A DNA stretch of 64,000 bases from Octopus sinensis (lineage: Eukaryota): positions 64,480,001 through 64,544,000 of the forward strand of contig NC_043010.1 of NCBI RefSeq assembly GCF_006345805.1, given 5' to 3'. Positions 12,764-26,007 of this stretch are shown one piece after another. A model generated the notes under the pieces. It was not told where the DNA came from. It did not search any database and was given only the letters and a program-made list of their open reading frames with translations. A program made the translations under genes and the position numbers. Within the stretch, counting starts at the first letter, position 1, and each line of letters begins with the position of its first letter.

Positions 12764-13018
12764 GTAAGATGACCACCTTTTCTTATTAATTCTTTGAAGT
12801 ACATCGAACGTCAGTTTGCATATTCATTGAGTTACTGGACATTTTGACAAAAGATGCAAGTGTAGCAAGGTATGACATGCAAGACCAAATCCTTCACTTG
12901 TTAGACATGAAATAAATGACTTATAAAAAATTTTTAAAAAATGTTTTCGCCTTTAAAAATAGAACAGCTGCTACCGTTTTTGACTTCATCTTTAAATGGA
13001 CGTCCCATAACTGGTTAA

Positions 13019-13399
13019 TCTCTCTCTATATAAACGGCAGTTTGTCTGTGTGTGTTTCTGTGTGTCTGTTAGGTTGTACCCTCACCCTGACCACGGCTTT
13101 CGACCGATTCTGATGAAACTTGACACACACATAGCCCAATGTCATAATTCAAAACTAACGCAGCGAAAATTTTGAAAAGTTCCCCCAGTTCTGAAAAAAA
13201 TCGATAAATTCGACATGGGGTCGAGAATCAGAAACACAAACCACAGACTGTCTAGGGGACGCAACTCCACCTTTTTAACTTTCAAAAATAAATTTACCAT
13301 ATTTTTCCATTTTTTTGCTATTTTTTGGCTATAACTCTCTAAAAATGCTTTATAGTTATTTCCCTTACAAACCCGAGCAACGCCGGGCAATACTGCTAG
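13019..13399 (+). mobile_element. Non-autonomous Helitron (about 380 bp)
   Basis: Starts with TC, has a subterminal GC hairpin CCCGAGCAACGCCGGG and ends in CTAG. Inserted between A and T with no TSD. A near-identical reverse copy lies at 33579-33960. Confidence 0.85.
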
Positions 13400-15894
13400 T
13401 AAGCTATAAACACGACGTACTTGTTCTCTCAGAACGAATATGCACGCCTATACATTTATCTATGCAAAGCGGTTTCAGTTAGAGTCTGCGAAATAACAAA
13501 CTGACAATGAAGTAGCCACTAACATACTTCATGATAACTTTAATTAATCCAAACTGCACAATTATAGAAGTGAGGTAAACATTGTTGAACAATACTTTGC
13601 TCAAACAATGTCAAGGGAAAGAGCCGAAAGCAAGAATTTTTTTTCAAATGAACTGAGGAATCAGAATCTCAATTAACTAAAATTCAGATGAGGAGATACA
13701 AAATCTGGTCTTTGGCAGATTAATGACAGCCATGGACATGTTTCGGCTTGTTTCATCCTTAGTTTCGCACAATTAATCACATGTATGTTAGATCAATAAA
13801 CATTTGTCATTTAAATCTCTATTGGCTATTACTCCCATGTCTTCTTACAAGGAAAAACTGCAGTGGGAGACGTTTCTTTTAGATATTGCTCTTTCATTAG
13901 AATGTAGAGCTTTGTTTTTAGGAACCGACATATGTATGTATGCATGTAGTTTAGAGATTAGAGACAGATATCCTCTCAATGAAATATTCTTTGTTGTGAT
14001 CAAGAGATTTGAACTTGAGTAGGTAGAGGAGTGAATGTAATGACAAGCAAATTAGGCGAGTCGATATACAAAAAAAAACATAAAAAATAAATACATTTAA
14101 TACAAAAATGTACATATGTACACAAATAAAAGCCCGACTTACACAGAATAGAAATGATATCCGGAATTAAAGGGGTTGAGTAAGAATTTTACGAGTCTAA
14201 CAAATATTTCTGAGGACTTGGAGGTCCAAAATAATGATTGTAACTTAATTCCAATATCGAAAAATACCCCCCCCCCCGGCTTAAGGGAAGAATTTTACAT
14301 TTGAGGTGTTGACAGAATGGAATTTAAAGATGGAATGATTTTGAGAACTAAGTGTATTAGAAAGAGGACTTGGTGGGAGTTTAGGTAGAACGTAGTGGGG
14401 GGAGAAAATAAATTTCAGAGTTAGGGTTAATAATGAAGCTAGTGATAGTAGTAAAGATGGAAGAAGGGAGAAAGGAGGAAGGGTAGTATGTGAATGATGA
14501 CTTTTGTGCTAGTTTGTATGAAGGCTATAGAGTTAAATGTTGAGATAGTGAAAAGGAGATGGGTATTATTTGAAGGAAATGGGTTGACTGGTTCAGTGGC
14601 TGGAGAGGGGGTGAGAAGATGGTCAAAAGTAGTTTTTAGTGGGACAAGGAATTGGGCTGGTATTGGAGGGGATGTTATGGGATGTATATATGTATGCATT
14701 CATGTATATATAAGAACGCCGTTGGTCATCAGGTGAAATTACTGTTGAATAGATGAGCATTATATCAGTTCCCCCTGGTTACACACACACACACACACAC
14801 ACATGCACACAAACACACAGGGGAGTAGACTTAATTAAGATTTTAAAAACGAACTTACAAGTTTCATATTACAGCGTGCTGCAATTGAATAAGAATTGTC
14901 TTATTTTTGAATACATCTGCTTTATTATATTTACATGAAGGTTATATATCAACCAGACTTTAAATCTGTTTACCACCACCTCAAGTCTACCAATTTTTTT
15001 TCCAAGCCTCCGGTCTGCTAGAAGAGGCATCAAGTATTGTGTTGCAGTGCGTCGTTCTATTTTATTCACTATCTTTTTCACCTTATTTCAGATTCTGTGG
15101 GTACACGGTGAGGGAGAAAGCAGTAAATGTTTCTTTAGTTTTAATTCATATATTTAATCAACAAAAAATTTCCTCTCATTATTTATAACATAATTGCATT
15201 TATTTGTAAAATTATTAATCTTTCGTGGTTAAAATTCTTCACGTTTCTTAAAAATCATTTTTGACTTATTCACAATTAATAAATAGCTCCCCTTCTTAGT
15301 AACATTGCAATGATTTGAAACAATGATAGATGGAACAAGGTCAGGCGTGTACTGAGACTTCTGAAAATTTTGAACGAGCTAAGACGAAATATTTTAACAT
15401 CAAAGATATTGGTCAATTGAGTATTAGAGAAAATTTTTCAGTAAGATCTCATATCCCTTGTTTTACCTGATAAATTGTTAGCGTGGTAATAATTTGGCAC
15501 AGCCGATACAAATTGATTTTGAAATATCTGTTGATTTTTCCGCTTGCGTAGTTTCGTCTTTCACCCGAAAGATATATGTTCCTTAAAATGCAATTAAATA
15601 TATGTCATCTTTAAACAAAAGTAATTAATTACTTTAATGAGATTGTTGAAACTGCTTGTTTTTGACATTATAATAATAATAATAATAATAATTGTGTACA
15701 GTGCTCAGGTGCACTACAACTCATCTAAAGTGTATATATAATCAGGTGTAGTTTCGACGGATTTCGGGAAGCATGAGGTTTTCCGGTTTAACGGCAAACA
15801 GTTTTAAGTTTAGATCAGATTTCTCATCTTTTTCTGTCGGGGGTAAACCTGATCACATAAATATGCCGCGAGGAGTAGCATTAAATGGCTCAGT

Positions 15895-16135
15895 GCTACG
15901 GAAGTTAGTTCTAGGTACTCATATATTTCAGTACTATAGATGTTAATTCTGTATACTCATTAAAATACCTCAGTACTTTAGATGTCAGTTCTGGGAACTG
16001 AATTCATTAAGTATCCCAGTGCAGCGCTTTAGATGTCAAATCTACTTGCCCATTAGATACCTTATTTATTCATATGCTATCCTGAGTACGCATTAACTAT
16101 CTTAGTTCTTTGGATGTCACTTGTGTACGCATTTC
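15895..16135. repeat. Degenerate 40-50 bp minisatellite
   Basis: Recurring TCAGTACTTTAGATGTCA.TTCTG..ACTCATTAA.TACC-like units. Confidence 0.55.
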
Positions 16136-16954
16136 TCACAAGTACTTACTACTCTAATAAGTCACATTGGATGAAACTTGGACTCAGTGAGGTGTCACAC
16201 AAAGGTTTAATAAGACTGTTTTAAAATAATCAAACACTCTAATTTCATAATCATGCTGCCATGGGATTGTTTATTGTAATCGGTTCCTGTTACGCAACTT
16301 GCGTATAAGCACTGCGATAGAACCAACATACTTGAGAATATGAGCAATTGTTCATGAACACGCTCATTACAACCCCACTCCACTAAAAATAACGGAATTC
16401 ATAAAATTCAACATCTGTTCCAAAATATAACGATCACAAAATAAGATATAGCTCATAACTTAAAAATTCTAACCTACAAATCACATCCCAGATTTTCCTT
16501 GAGTGTCATCAACAGGTAATCAGAAGTTGTGATAAACAAAATGTGATCAATGCTGCCACATTGAGTTACATAATATCTTGAATAAATGATCTGAAAAATT
16601 ATACTTAACACAAAAGATCTTTTAAAAAGCATCTAGAGAAAAATATGAGACTATTCTTGCAGATTTAGAAACGGTTTTCAAATTATGAAAGTTTGTCAGT
16701 CCTATCGTAAGTAATTAAGCATTTTGTACTATATATCTCTTGAAATTTTGAACAGACTCCTTATTCGTGGTTACCAAGGGTTCTGCTTGAGCACAGGTTA
16801 GGAATCATTAGTGCAGTGAATAAGTATCAGCTGAAAAATTGGGGGAACACGGTTCTTTACGAATGAAGTTTCCTGCACCAAGTTAAAATTTCGTTTTGTC
16901 ATTCACACTATTAGAATACTGTGAATCAATGACTGCATTGCCGGAAACTTTTGT

Positions 16955-17275
16955 GAAGGCGCGTGGCTAAGTGTTTAGGATTTTCGACTCTCAATTGTAT
17001 GGTTGTCAGATCACTACATAGCAGCGTATTGTGTCCTTGAGTAAAACACTTTATTTCTCGATGCTGCAATCCACTCAGCTGGCAAGAACAAGTAGCTCTG
17101 TATTTTAAAAGCCCAGTTTTGTCATATTCTGTGTCACGCCAAATCTCCTTGAGGTACGTTAAGGGTACATGTGTCTGTGGTGCGCTCAGCCGCTTGCAAG
17201 TTAATTTTACGAGCCGGCTGTTCGGTTGATCGGATCAATGGGAACCCTCGTCGTCATAGCCGATAAAGTGCCACT
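16955..17275 (+). mobile_element. tRNA-head SINE; second copy at about 25400-25660
   Basis: Head GAAGGCGCGTGGCTAAGTG and central GTGTCCTTGAGTAAAACACTTTATTTC. Colinear with 25402-25660 (GAAGGCGTATGGCTTAATG..GAGTTCGATTCC..TCTTGAGCAAGACACTTTATTTC). Confidence 0.72.
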
Positions 17276-17349
17276 TGCTGGAAGCCTTTGACCAACGACG
17301 CTATTCTTCGCAAACTGAGATATAAAATTAATAACCTTGTAAAGATATA

Positions 17350-17734
17350 TTCTTTTATTCTTTTACTTGTTTCAATCATTTCATTGCAGCCACGCTGGAG
17401 CAGCATCTTTAATTGAACAAATCGACCCCAGAACTTATTCTTCGTAAACCTAGTAGTTATTCTATTGGGATCTTTTGCCGAACCGCTAAGTTACGGGGAT
17501 GTAAACACACCGATATCGGTTGTCAAGCGATGGGGGAGGGACAAACACAGACACAAATAACAAATATATGTATATATATATATATATATACGACAGGCTT
17601 CTTTCAGTTTCCGTCTACCAAATCCACTCACAAGGCTCTGGTCGATACTTGCCCAAGGTGCCACGCAGTGAGACTGAATCCGGAACCATGAAGTTAGGAA
17701 GCAAGCTTCTTACCACACAGTCACTCCTGCGCCT
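17350..17734 (-). mobile_element. tRNA-derived SINE with internal (TA)n (octopus-type); related copies at about 20575-21070 and in every macrosatellite unit
   Basis: Minus-strand head AGGCGCAGGAGTGACTGTGTGGTAAGAAGCTTGC..GGTTCCGGATTCAGTC with A/B-box-like motifs, and tail AAGTAAAAGAATAAAAGA. Confidence 0.8.
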
Positions 17735-17773
17735 ATATATATATATATACATACATATATATATATATATATA

Positions 17774-18230
17774 GGGAGAATTCACGAAAAAACAAAAGAC
17801 GAAGACAGGTGGTGTAAAAAACAAACAGATGTATTAGTATAATGTGCAGGAATTGAAAAAACGTTTACGTTGCGAGCCTACGCTCTTCCACAGAAAGGAA
17901 CACAGAAAGAAACAAGGAGAGAAAAACTGTGTGTAGTGGCTACTGATCTATCATGACCACTGCCGGACAAAAGTGTCACACAGGAGAGCGAAGAAGTAGG
18001 GGAGATAATAAAGTAAAGGTGATCCCACAACGAAGGTGCGCGTGAGCGTAAGATAGTACTATGTGCATGTGAAAGAGGGCTGGTGGTCTTGATGTGTGCG
18101 TGTGTGTATGTGTAGGTGTGAAAATGTGGGGATTGGAATTGGTCAGTGCTGGTGTGTGGGTGGTGTGTTTTGTGATGTGTAGTGTGGTATTGTGTGATGT
18201 TGTTGGGAGGCGAGAGTGGGGAATACACAC
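17774..18230 (-). mobile_element. Probable 3' non-coding remnant of a Penelope-like element between (TA)n and (CA)n
   Basis: Minus strand has a GAGC-GTAG-GCTC hairpin followed by GCAACGTA, a hammerhead-like relic. Composition resembles the PLE tail at about 57950-58430. No ORF support. Confidence 0.35.
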
Positions 18231-18330
18231 ACACACACACACATATATATTGTAAATCAGTAAAGAATTAAGAATACTTCTGATGTAATTTATTTTTTTA
18301 TTATGAAACAGTTTTTCCTTTTACTTACAG

Positions 18331-18377
18331 CTACCACAACATTAAATATATTGTCCGAAGATACGGTTTTCCTTGAT
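18331..18377 (+). CDS. PTP exon, D2 (short)
   Basis: cttttacttacag|CT ACC..CTT GAT|gtaagc, 47 nt, phase 1/0. ATTTLNILSEDTVFLD ends at the usual ..FxD|GY intron position. Confidence 0.75.
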
Positions 18378-19729
18378 GTAAGCAACTTAAATTTCCTGGC
18401 TAATATAATAAAATTCGATGGAAGTTTTTATTTGTAGAAATTACGGTTAGGGGAGAGTGCCAACTAGATCTTGTCATTGACATAGTGGTTATAACTTAGC
18501 AACTCAATATATTTTGATAATAATAGTTATCACGAGTAGATATCGTATAACATGATCCAACGGACTGTTGTCTTCTATCCTTTCGCTTGATTTACTAGAA
18601 TTTTTTTTCATGCACTATGACTGCAGGAATAGGCCGTTAGAGGCCTCCGTGCCAAATTATGAAGATTTATCATATTGCTTAGAGAATATATAGCAATGGC
18701 TTCTTATTGCCAGTTTACTTATAGTTTACCGTGTTAGTCACAAGCTTTTTTGAGCTTATCATTGTGGCACAGGATCTATTTAACCTTTGAGGCAGGGTTC
18801 CTAGCTCATACGACATTAAAGAATGTCCACACACCAACATGCCTTTCCCCGAGTCCAGTCATCTGCGCCTTAATCACAGGACCATCTTCTGCTGTTTGAC
18901 CTATTACTGGGGTCCTTGATAGGTACTTGCATCCCGATCCAGAGCAAACTTGGGAATTGGGATTATTAAAGAAACACTGAATACTGTAAAATGAGATTCA
19001 ATATTGGAAATAAAGAGAGAATGATTGCTACTGAAATGCTTTAGATCACAGGATTGCTCTATTGAAATCTATCAATACTTTAACACCACCGCCCACAACA
19101 ACAGCACCAACATTTACAGCTTTAAGGAGCTAGAATATTAAAATAATCTTCGTTAGCTCGTACTGTATATAGACCCAACAATGGTAAAAGCTTTGGAGGA
19201 CGGTGTTTCCATGTAAACTTCACTAAATACAATGCATGAAGTAAAAGTTTTAACGAACCGCACTAAGATCCACCAGATTATGGAATTCCTTCCCAAGTTT
19301 AATAAGAAAATATATTATTCAGATCTGTTGCATGATTTCAGTGACTTGTATCAGCCGTAATTCCTTGCTACTTTTCTTCTAAGGTTTCGTATGCTCGTGA
19401 ACTTTAAATGATATGCTACAGAACTTGGTATAGTATTTATTTGTGCTGAAATAATTCGAGTGTTTATTAATTCGCATTCTTCACTTTGACATGGCTGTTG
19501 TAGACGCCATTGAATTCTATTCTCTCTCTCTTTATATAATGTTATACATGGAATTGGTATATAATGTTATAATGTTAATTATTCTAATCAGACCTTTTAA
19601 TTAAAATGTTGCCTCATGAGGTTATCTTTGATAAATACCGATCTATGATTATTAGAAATGTCATATTCACATATATAAATTAAAAATTTAAAAATTTGAA
19701 AGCCGGCACAAATCATCCAATCAATGCTA

Positions 19730-19990
19730 AAATCTTAAAGCTCTGATGAGGCCAATAATGAATATTGTACCCGCATTTGGGATAGTGCTGCTATTGCACA
19801 CACCCACATCTTAAATTGCATCCCAAAATTGGTCACCCAACTGATTGGCATAAAGTCACTCACAGACATGCTCCAGTCATTGGCTCACATACTCACTATT
19901 TCCCATGTCTATTTTCTCTTTTAGTAATATAATGACTTCTACACCTCGAAGCAGGTTGGGTTCATGCCAACATCACCAGGCATTCGCCTC
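19730..19990 (+). mobile_element. Decayed 3' RT fragment of a Jockey/CR1-type LINE
   Basis: Reads KALMRPIM(E)YCTRIWDSA..LNCIPK..LIG..LQSLAH, similar to the RPxLEYCxxVW..L.SL.HRR motif. Confidence 0.55.
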
Positions 19991-20226
19991 CCTTTGCGAC
20001 AGAGCCTTTTCAATAAAACTAACCAATTGATACGTTAAGCAGATGTGTGACAATATTTCGAATGTTTTTCGTTCTTAATTTATTTCGGCAACTATAACCA
20101 TTTACTAACAGTATTTCTGGTTAGAATAATTGGCTTTTGCTGTATTAATTAATTATCTTTGTCATGCTGTTTTGTAGAATGGCTAGTGTATGATAATTGT
20201 TAACATTTTTTTCTCATATTTTTCAG

Positions 20227-20352
20227 GGTTACAAGATGTCAAATGAACTGATTTTAATGAAGTCACCTAAACAAGACACGAGTGAGGAATTTCTCGGTGT
20301 TATTTTCCAAACCCAATGTCCAGTAATTGTTGCTTTTACGAATTCATGCCAG
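20227..20352 (+). CDS. PTP exon, D2
   Basis: tttttcag|GGT TAC..TGC CAG|gtatgt, 126 nt. GYKMSNELILMKSPKQDTSEEFLGVIFQTQCPVIVAFTNSCQ resembles GY..FIxTQxP..TxxDFW.MI.....IVML. Confidence 0.88.
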
Positions 20353-20681
20353 GTATGTCTAAACGTATTGTTTATAGGACTAACAACCAAACAGTGATAA
20401 ACTCTCGGAAAAACCTAGTCAGCCATTAAGTTTCTGTTGGAAGCCAGTATAATTCAATTGTATGGAAAATGGCTTTGGAATAATATATTTAGGTTCGGCA
20501 AGAAATATGGCACTTTCTTATAATTGCTAAATAATTGAGCAGTACAAATATCTTGGCATTTTTATTAAAACAAAGTGCTTGGTACCTATTCTATAAGTTT
20601 ATTTTACCGAACTTCTAAGTTACGGGAAATAAACACAAGAGCACCAGTTGTCAAGCAGCGTGTAGGGGACAGACACAAAGA

Positions 20682-20691
20682 TATACATACA

Positions 20692-20745
<54 letters not shown>

Positions 20746-20764
20746 TATATACATATATATATAC

Positions 20765-20795
<31 letters not shown>

Positions 20796-20820
20796 CATAT
20801 ATATATACATATATATATAC

Positions 20821-20916
<96 letters not shown>
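20682..20916. repeat. Long compound (TA)n/(TACA)n microsatellite inside a SINE
   Basis: Seen directly. Confidence 0.95.
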
Positions 20917-20919
<3 letters not shown>

Positions 20920-21187
20920 CCTACGGGATTCTTTCAGTTTCCATTTACCAAACCCACTCACAAGTCTTTGGTCAGCCCGAGGTTATAATAGAAGACACTT
21001 GCCCAAGGTCCTACACAGTAGGATCGAAACCAGAACCACGTGGTTCGGGATCAAGCTTTTTATCACAGTCAAAGATTATTTCCTCGCTTCTTAGAAATCC
21101 TGAGAAAGGTAACAAAAACTTCTTTTCCTTTCGGTCGAAGCTATTTAATAATACCGAATAGAGAAAATAAATGACAATCTACAAACT

Positions 21188-21261
<74 letters not shown>

Positions 21262-21954
21262 TAATGACAGAATAAAGCAAATTACGATGAAATAAAAGCA
21301 AACATATAACCCACCTTTCGTGTCAAGTATATAACACTGCACATTTTAAAAATAAGAATTGGAATATATTCCTTTATGAAATCAGTCAATCAGCTTTCGA
21401 TACTTAGCACGAAAAACTAAAGAAGAAGATTTATAAAATTTGGAATGTCATACATTTTGTAAGAATTAATATACGTGAGCAGAACTGTAGTGGTTACACA
21501 TAAAATGAAATATTTAAACATGGCTCCCTGTCCTAATTCACTGTTGTTTTCCTTCACAATAATAGTATATACAATATCAAGTTGAAGAATCAACAATACA
21601 CAGGCAAGAAGCAGTTTATTGATTTAAAGTCTATCTAATCCTATTTTAAATTAATATTTTAGCTAGTTGTCTAATTATCATTTACTAAGATATGTTCTGG
21701 CTCAGAAATTTACCGAGTCGGTGGGATTGGTGAAAATGAAGTATAAGTGAATGCTTTTAAGATATTATTTTCTTCACTCTACGTTCCGAGTATAAGCCCT
21801 GCAAGAATCGGCGTTTCTTGCCACTCTTGTGAAATCGGTAAAACACTTCCCATTAATAAATTGGCGACTTGTTAAATAATAATAAAAAAATAATAATAAT
21901 TTACCGAAACAAAACTATTATACGAATTTAATCCATATAATCATTTCTTTGAAG

Positions 21955-22089
21955 GATACACTTGTCTATCTTCCAAGCAAAGTCAACTCCAAAATTATTA
22001 TTGGAAAATTTACCATAGAGTTGTTAACAAGTCTAGATTTGAAGGACATGTATGTGCACAGAGTCTTAAAATTATCTTCCAAAGAAAGG
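21955..22089 (+). CDS. PTP exon, D2
   Basis: ttctttgaag|GAT ACA..GAA AGG|gtaagt, 135 nt. DTLVYLPSKVNSKIIIGKFTIELLTSLDLKDMYVHRVLKLSSKER resembles YWP..GxFxVE..Y..R.L. Confidence 0.88.
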
Positions 22090-22307
22090 GTAAGTACATT
22101 TATGTCTTCAATGTCAACAATAAAAGAACAAAATATTGAAATTAAAATAACAACACCAATAATAATGGTGTCTTCTGAAAGCTGTACATTGTCACCATTG
22201 AACAGTCATTGACATTGTAGTGCATTCATCAAAATGATGGATGGAATATTATAATACTCTGTTTTTCAATCGTTTGACTCGTATTCTTAAATTAATATTT
22301 TTTGCAG

Positions 22308-22459
22308 AAAAATGCTGCACAACTTATAATAAATCACTTTCAAGTGATTATATGGCCGGACAAATCCTACCCGTCTCCTGATAAGATAGCGTCATTTATC
22401 GCCTTCTTAAACAGTGGACAACAAGATCAGAAACACCAGCAAGTCGCAGTACATGGCAG
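22308..22459 (+). CDS. PTP exon, D2 WPD loop to P-loop start
   Basis: tttttgcag|AAA AAT..CAT GGC AG|gtagat, 152 nt, phase 0/2. KNAAQLIINHFQVIIWPDKSYPSPDKIASFIAFLNSGQQDQKHQQVAVHGS. Confidence 0.9.
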
Positions 22460-22901
22460 GTAGATGCATGGCTTGTAGTAGTTCAGTAAAAATAACTTTA
22501 GCAAGTGTATATAATTAATAATCTCGATATATTCTGTTCGACTTCCACTAATTCACTTTGGCAATGCAATTTTATAAGTTATCAGTGAAGTTCAATGGCA
22601 CGTTGAAGATATTTTTATGATTTCATTTAATATATTTGTTTACTCGAATGTGACCAATCACATCAAACAACATGGATGAAAAGAATCACACAATTCTAAC
22701 TTTATTTGAAAATTAAGGAAAAAGCTTCAGGGAAAATGTATTTACAATAAACGTGCCATTCAGTTCCTAATTAATGCTTTTCATCAAAATATCGCTATTG
22801 ATCAAGGGTTTATTATTAGAGAAATTTTGTTGTTCATCCTCAGATTAAACCATAAAAAAGAAAAATCCTACATATACAGTGAAATTATTTTCTTTTGACA
22901 G

Positions 22902-23037
22902 TGATGGAATGAAAAATAGTGGTTTATTTTGTGTACTGTACAATCTTGTGAACAAAATGTCAAACGATACCTTCATAAATATTGTCAGACTTATACGATT
23001 ACAGAAGAAAAGGAACCCCGAGATCGTAGCTGATTAT
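22902..23037 (+). CDS. PTP exon, D2 P-loop tail
   Basis: ttttgacag|T GAT GGA..GAT TAT|gtgagt, 136 nt, same length and phase as the D1 counterpart at 3501-3636. DGMKNSGLFCVLYNLVNKMSNDTFINIVRLIRLQKKRNPEIVADY. Confidence 0.9.
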
Positions 23038-23574
23038 GTGAGTGATACCTTTCAAACAGATAACATTTCAATTGATTTTGTTATTATTTCCCAGAGTAAA
23101 AGAAATACTTTTATAAAATAAATTGTTAAAATTCATAAATCATTAGATCTAAATCAAATAAGTTATACGCTCATAATTTGATTTCAGTGAGAAAAGTACT
23201 AGTATATTGTAAGTGTAATTTGCTTAAAAGTATGTCTCCCATTAATATTGGTCTAAAGTTTTAGCGCAAAACCAGCAATTTCAAGGCAGGGGATAAGTCA
23301 ATAACATCGACTCAAGTGATCAATTGATATCTATTTTATCGACGCTGAAAAGATAAAAACAAATCAACCACAGTGGAATTGGAAGGCTTTGAATTCAAAT
23401 TACGTAGAGGTTGACATTGCCTTTCATCCTTTCAGGGTCGATAAAATAAGTACTAGTTGAGCGATGGGGGTCGACGTAGTCAACTTAGCTCTCCCTGAAA
23501 TTGCTGGTTTGCGCCCGCCAAAACTTGAAACCAATATTAAAATGAGAATATTGTTTAGAAATAATCAATATATA

Positions 23575-24410
23575 TATATATATATAAAACTCAACTTGTG
23601 TGTCTGTGTGTGTATCTGTGTGTGTGTCTGTGTGTTTAACTTCCCGGCATATCTCCTCCTAGCCAACAAATCGTAGAACCACCAAAAATGGGTCACTTAA
23701 AGTTTAGGCGAATGAAAATTGAACTGCGCTATTTCTGTTCCGAAATTAATCTCGCAAGTGCAAAAATCGATAATGTGCTTATTTAGGCCTTATCCCATGC
23801 ATTGAATAGTGAACTTTACTCAGTCAGCTTTTTGACGTGAACTGTGTTCACCACGCATGCAAGCATGCGTAAATTGCATGAAAAATAAAAATTCAAGATA
23901 TAAAAACGAATCGCCGTAAACATTGTAGAAATTCGGCAAAGAAATGAATTTTCGGGATGTAGCCTGGAGGGTTTTTTCGTATTAATCGTTTGGACTTTGT
24001 GAACACATACCAATTGTTTTCATAACATTTTTAACGCTTTGAATTAAATGTGACCATTTTGCGTTGAGTCTGCAGTTTGAATCACTTTAACCAAATTTTA
24101 GCAGGCCGGATTTTTGATCATCACGATACATCGCCAGCGACTCCCTGAAACTCTCCCCTGAAATCCTTGTTGAGAAATACTGATCTAAAAGAATAATTCA
24201 ACAATGCAATTATTTGATCAACAAAAATTTATGAAACGCTTCTACGTACTTCCTATTGAGGAAATGGAACACATAAGCGCAAAAATAGAGGGCATTAAAT
24301 GCTTGATTTTAAAACCAAAATAATTGAATTTTGATTGAACTTCATCCAAGTTTAGCTTAATTCGCGCGTGCAGAGAATGCACGAGTGCACGAGCCGGGCA
24401 ATACTGCTAG
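23575..24410 (+). mobile_element. Non-autonomous Helitron-like element
   Basis: Begins TATATAAAACTCAAC.. with a GT-rich tract and ends GCCGGGCAATACTGCTAG, the same 3' terminus as 13019-13399. Confidence 0.7.
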
Positions 24411-25307
24411 TATATATATAAAACTCAGTATGTGTGTGTGTGTGTAAACTGGATAACTTCTGAAGTTTGCAACAGATTTTCTTCAATCTGGGAACATGCA
24501 TTAATTATGTTCCAGAGATGGTTTTTAGACTCTTAAAATTTTTTACATAATGAGTAACGGGGCCTCTGGGGCCAGAAAACCTCCTTTCCTGGGGTAAGTA
24601 CTACTGTGGAGAGGGAGGTAACTCTTTGCAAAGTAACTTTTACTTAAAATTTGCAGAGATATTGATATTATTTACTTATTTTTATTGACATTTCATTATT
24701 AACGTACAATCGTCATCTTAGTTTATTAGGTCATATTTCTTGACATAATGTCTCCAAAGAGATCCCCCGTTGGTCGAAAAACGGCAACAGCAGAGAAATG
24801 GAAAAGCAGGAGAGCAGATGAATCGTCACATAAGGCTTTATTTAGACAATCACAAAATGCTGCAAGTACAGCTACTGCAATGGAAAGCGATGAGGAGCAT
24901 AGTATTTGCTTGGCCAGAAATGCTGCATTGACAGCTTCAGCCAATCTTCCTGCTTATTACGTCCTTTCTTTTAAGTAGATTTCTCTCATTTGGTGCTGTT
25001 CAGGCGCCTACAGGCTTAATTTATCACATAGATGTACTTCCTATGTCTGCAAAGGAGAGAATATCCACTGAGATTTTTTGGTGCAAAAATCACTTACGCC
25101 TCACCCACTTTTCCATGACAAGGTTAGGGCCTGAATCTCCCAAACAGACGCATTACATGTCACTAAGTCGAATTAGCTCATCATTTATTCCACAAATGCT
25201 TTTGCCGTCAATGCAGCACTTCACCGTATCACATGTTTCAACTTAACTGTACCATACATACAAACTATGCCATTTAAATCCCGAGCAATGCTGGATGCGT
25301 CTGCTAC
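24411..25307 (+). mobile_element. Second Helitron-like element in tandem, possibly retaining the start of the RepHel ORF
   Basis: Similar 5' end TATATAAAACTCAG and 3' end CCCGAGCAATGCTGGATGCGTCTGCTAC. ORF 24748..24978 (MSPKRSPVGRKTATAEKWKSRRADES..ESDEEHSICLARNA) resembles the basic, repetitive N-termini of animal Helitron proteins. Confidence 0.55.
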
Positions 25308-26007
25308 AGCTCACCAAAGTAAAACAAGGGCATTGATAAAAACAGCCTCTCTATTTACGTACACACAAACACACACACACATACACTCACACATATAATG
25401 GAGAAGGCGTATGGCTTAATGATTAGAATGTTCGACTCACAATCGTTATGTTTTGAGTTCGATTCCAGTCGGCGCGTTCTATCTTGAGCAAGACACTTTA
25501 TTTCTTGTTGCTCCAGTCTACTCAGCTGGCAAAAATTAGTTGTACAGCCATATCACAATCTGTGTCATGTTGAAACTTTGAGAACTACGTTAAGGATACA
25601 CGTGTCTGTGGAGTGAGTGTTCAGCCACTTGCACATTAATTTCATACGCAAGTTGTTCAGTTAAAAATTGCTTGTTTTATGTACACATTTATACATAACA
25701 CTGCTCGCTTTACACACAAACACACACAAGCACACATATATATATATATATATATAATATATATATATATATGGTACACACACGCACGCATGCACACACA
25801 CATATACACATACATATATATATAAACACTGATATGTATGTATGTGCGAGTGTGTGTGTGTGTGTGTAATGCGCGACAATGCTTAATACTAAAACGAACA
25901 AATAAATTAATCGACTAAATATTTTCAACAAACAACACGCTCTATTTACCATAATATTCTGTTACAATTTTATTTTTCTACACTAAAGAAATTTCAATCT
26001 TTTTCAG

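Noticed and set aside
15092-15107. Candidate 16-nt micro-exon (strong polypyrimidine tract, cag|..|gtgagg) between PTP D2 exons
   Set aside because: 16 nt would break the phase-1 frame between 12763 and 18331. Unsupported without transcripts.
15895-16135. Regularly spaced short repeats as a CRISPR-like array
   Set aside because: Eukaryotic intron, degenerate tandem units without unique spacers, and no cas genes.
17860-17900. Minus-strand GAGC-GTAG-GCTC hairpin with flanking core-like bases
   Set aside because: GAAA is mutated to GCAA and the 5' box is non-canonical, so it is not called as a ribozyme.
19742-19756. CTGATGAGGCC hammerhead-like core
   Set aside because: No downstream GAAA or stem III. 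It reads as LINE coding sequence (KALMRPIM..YC..IW).
20575-20988. Many YI/CV/HT-rich ORFs throughout the window
   Set aside because: Translations of (TA)n, (TG)n and (CA)n microsatellites.
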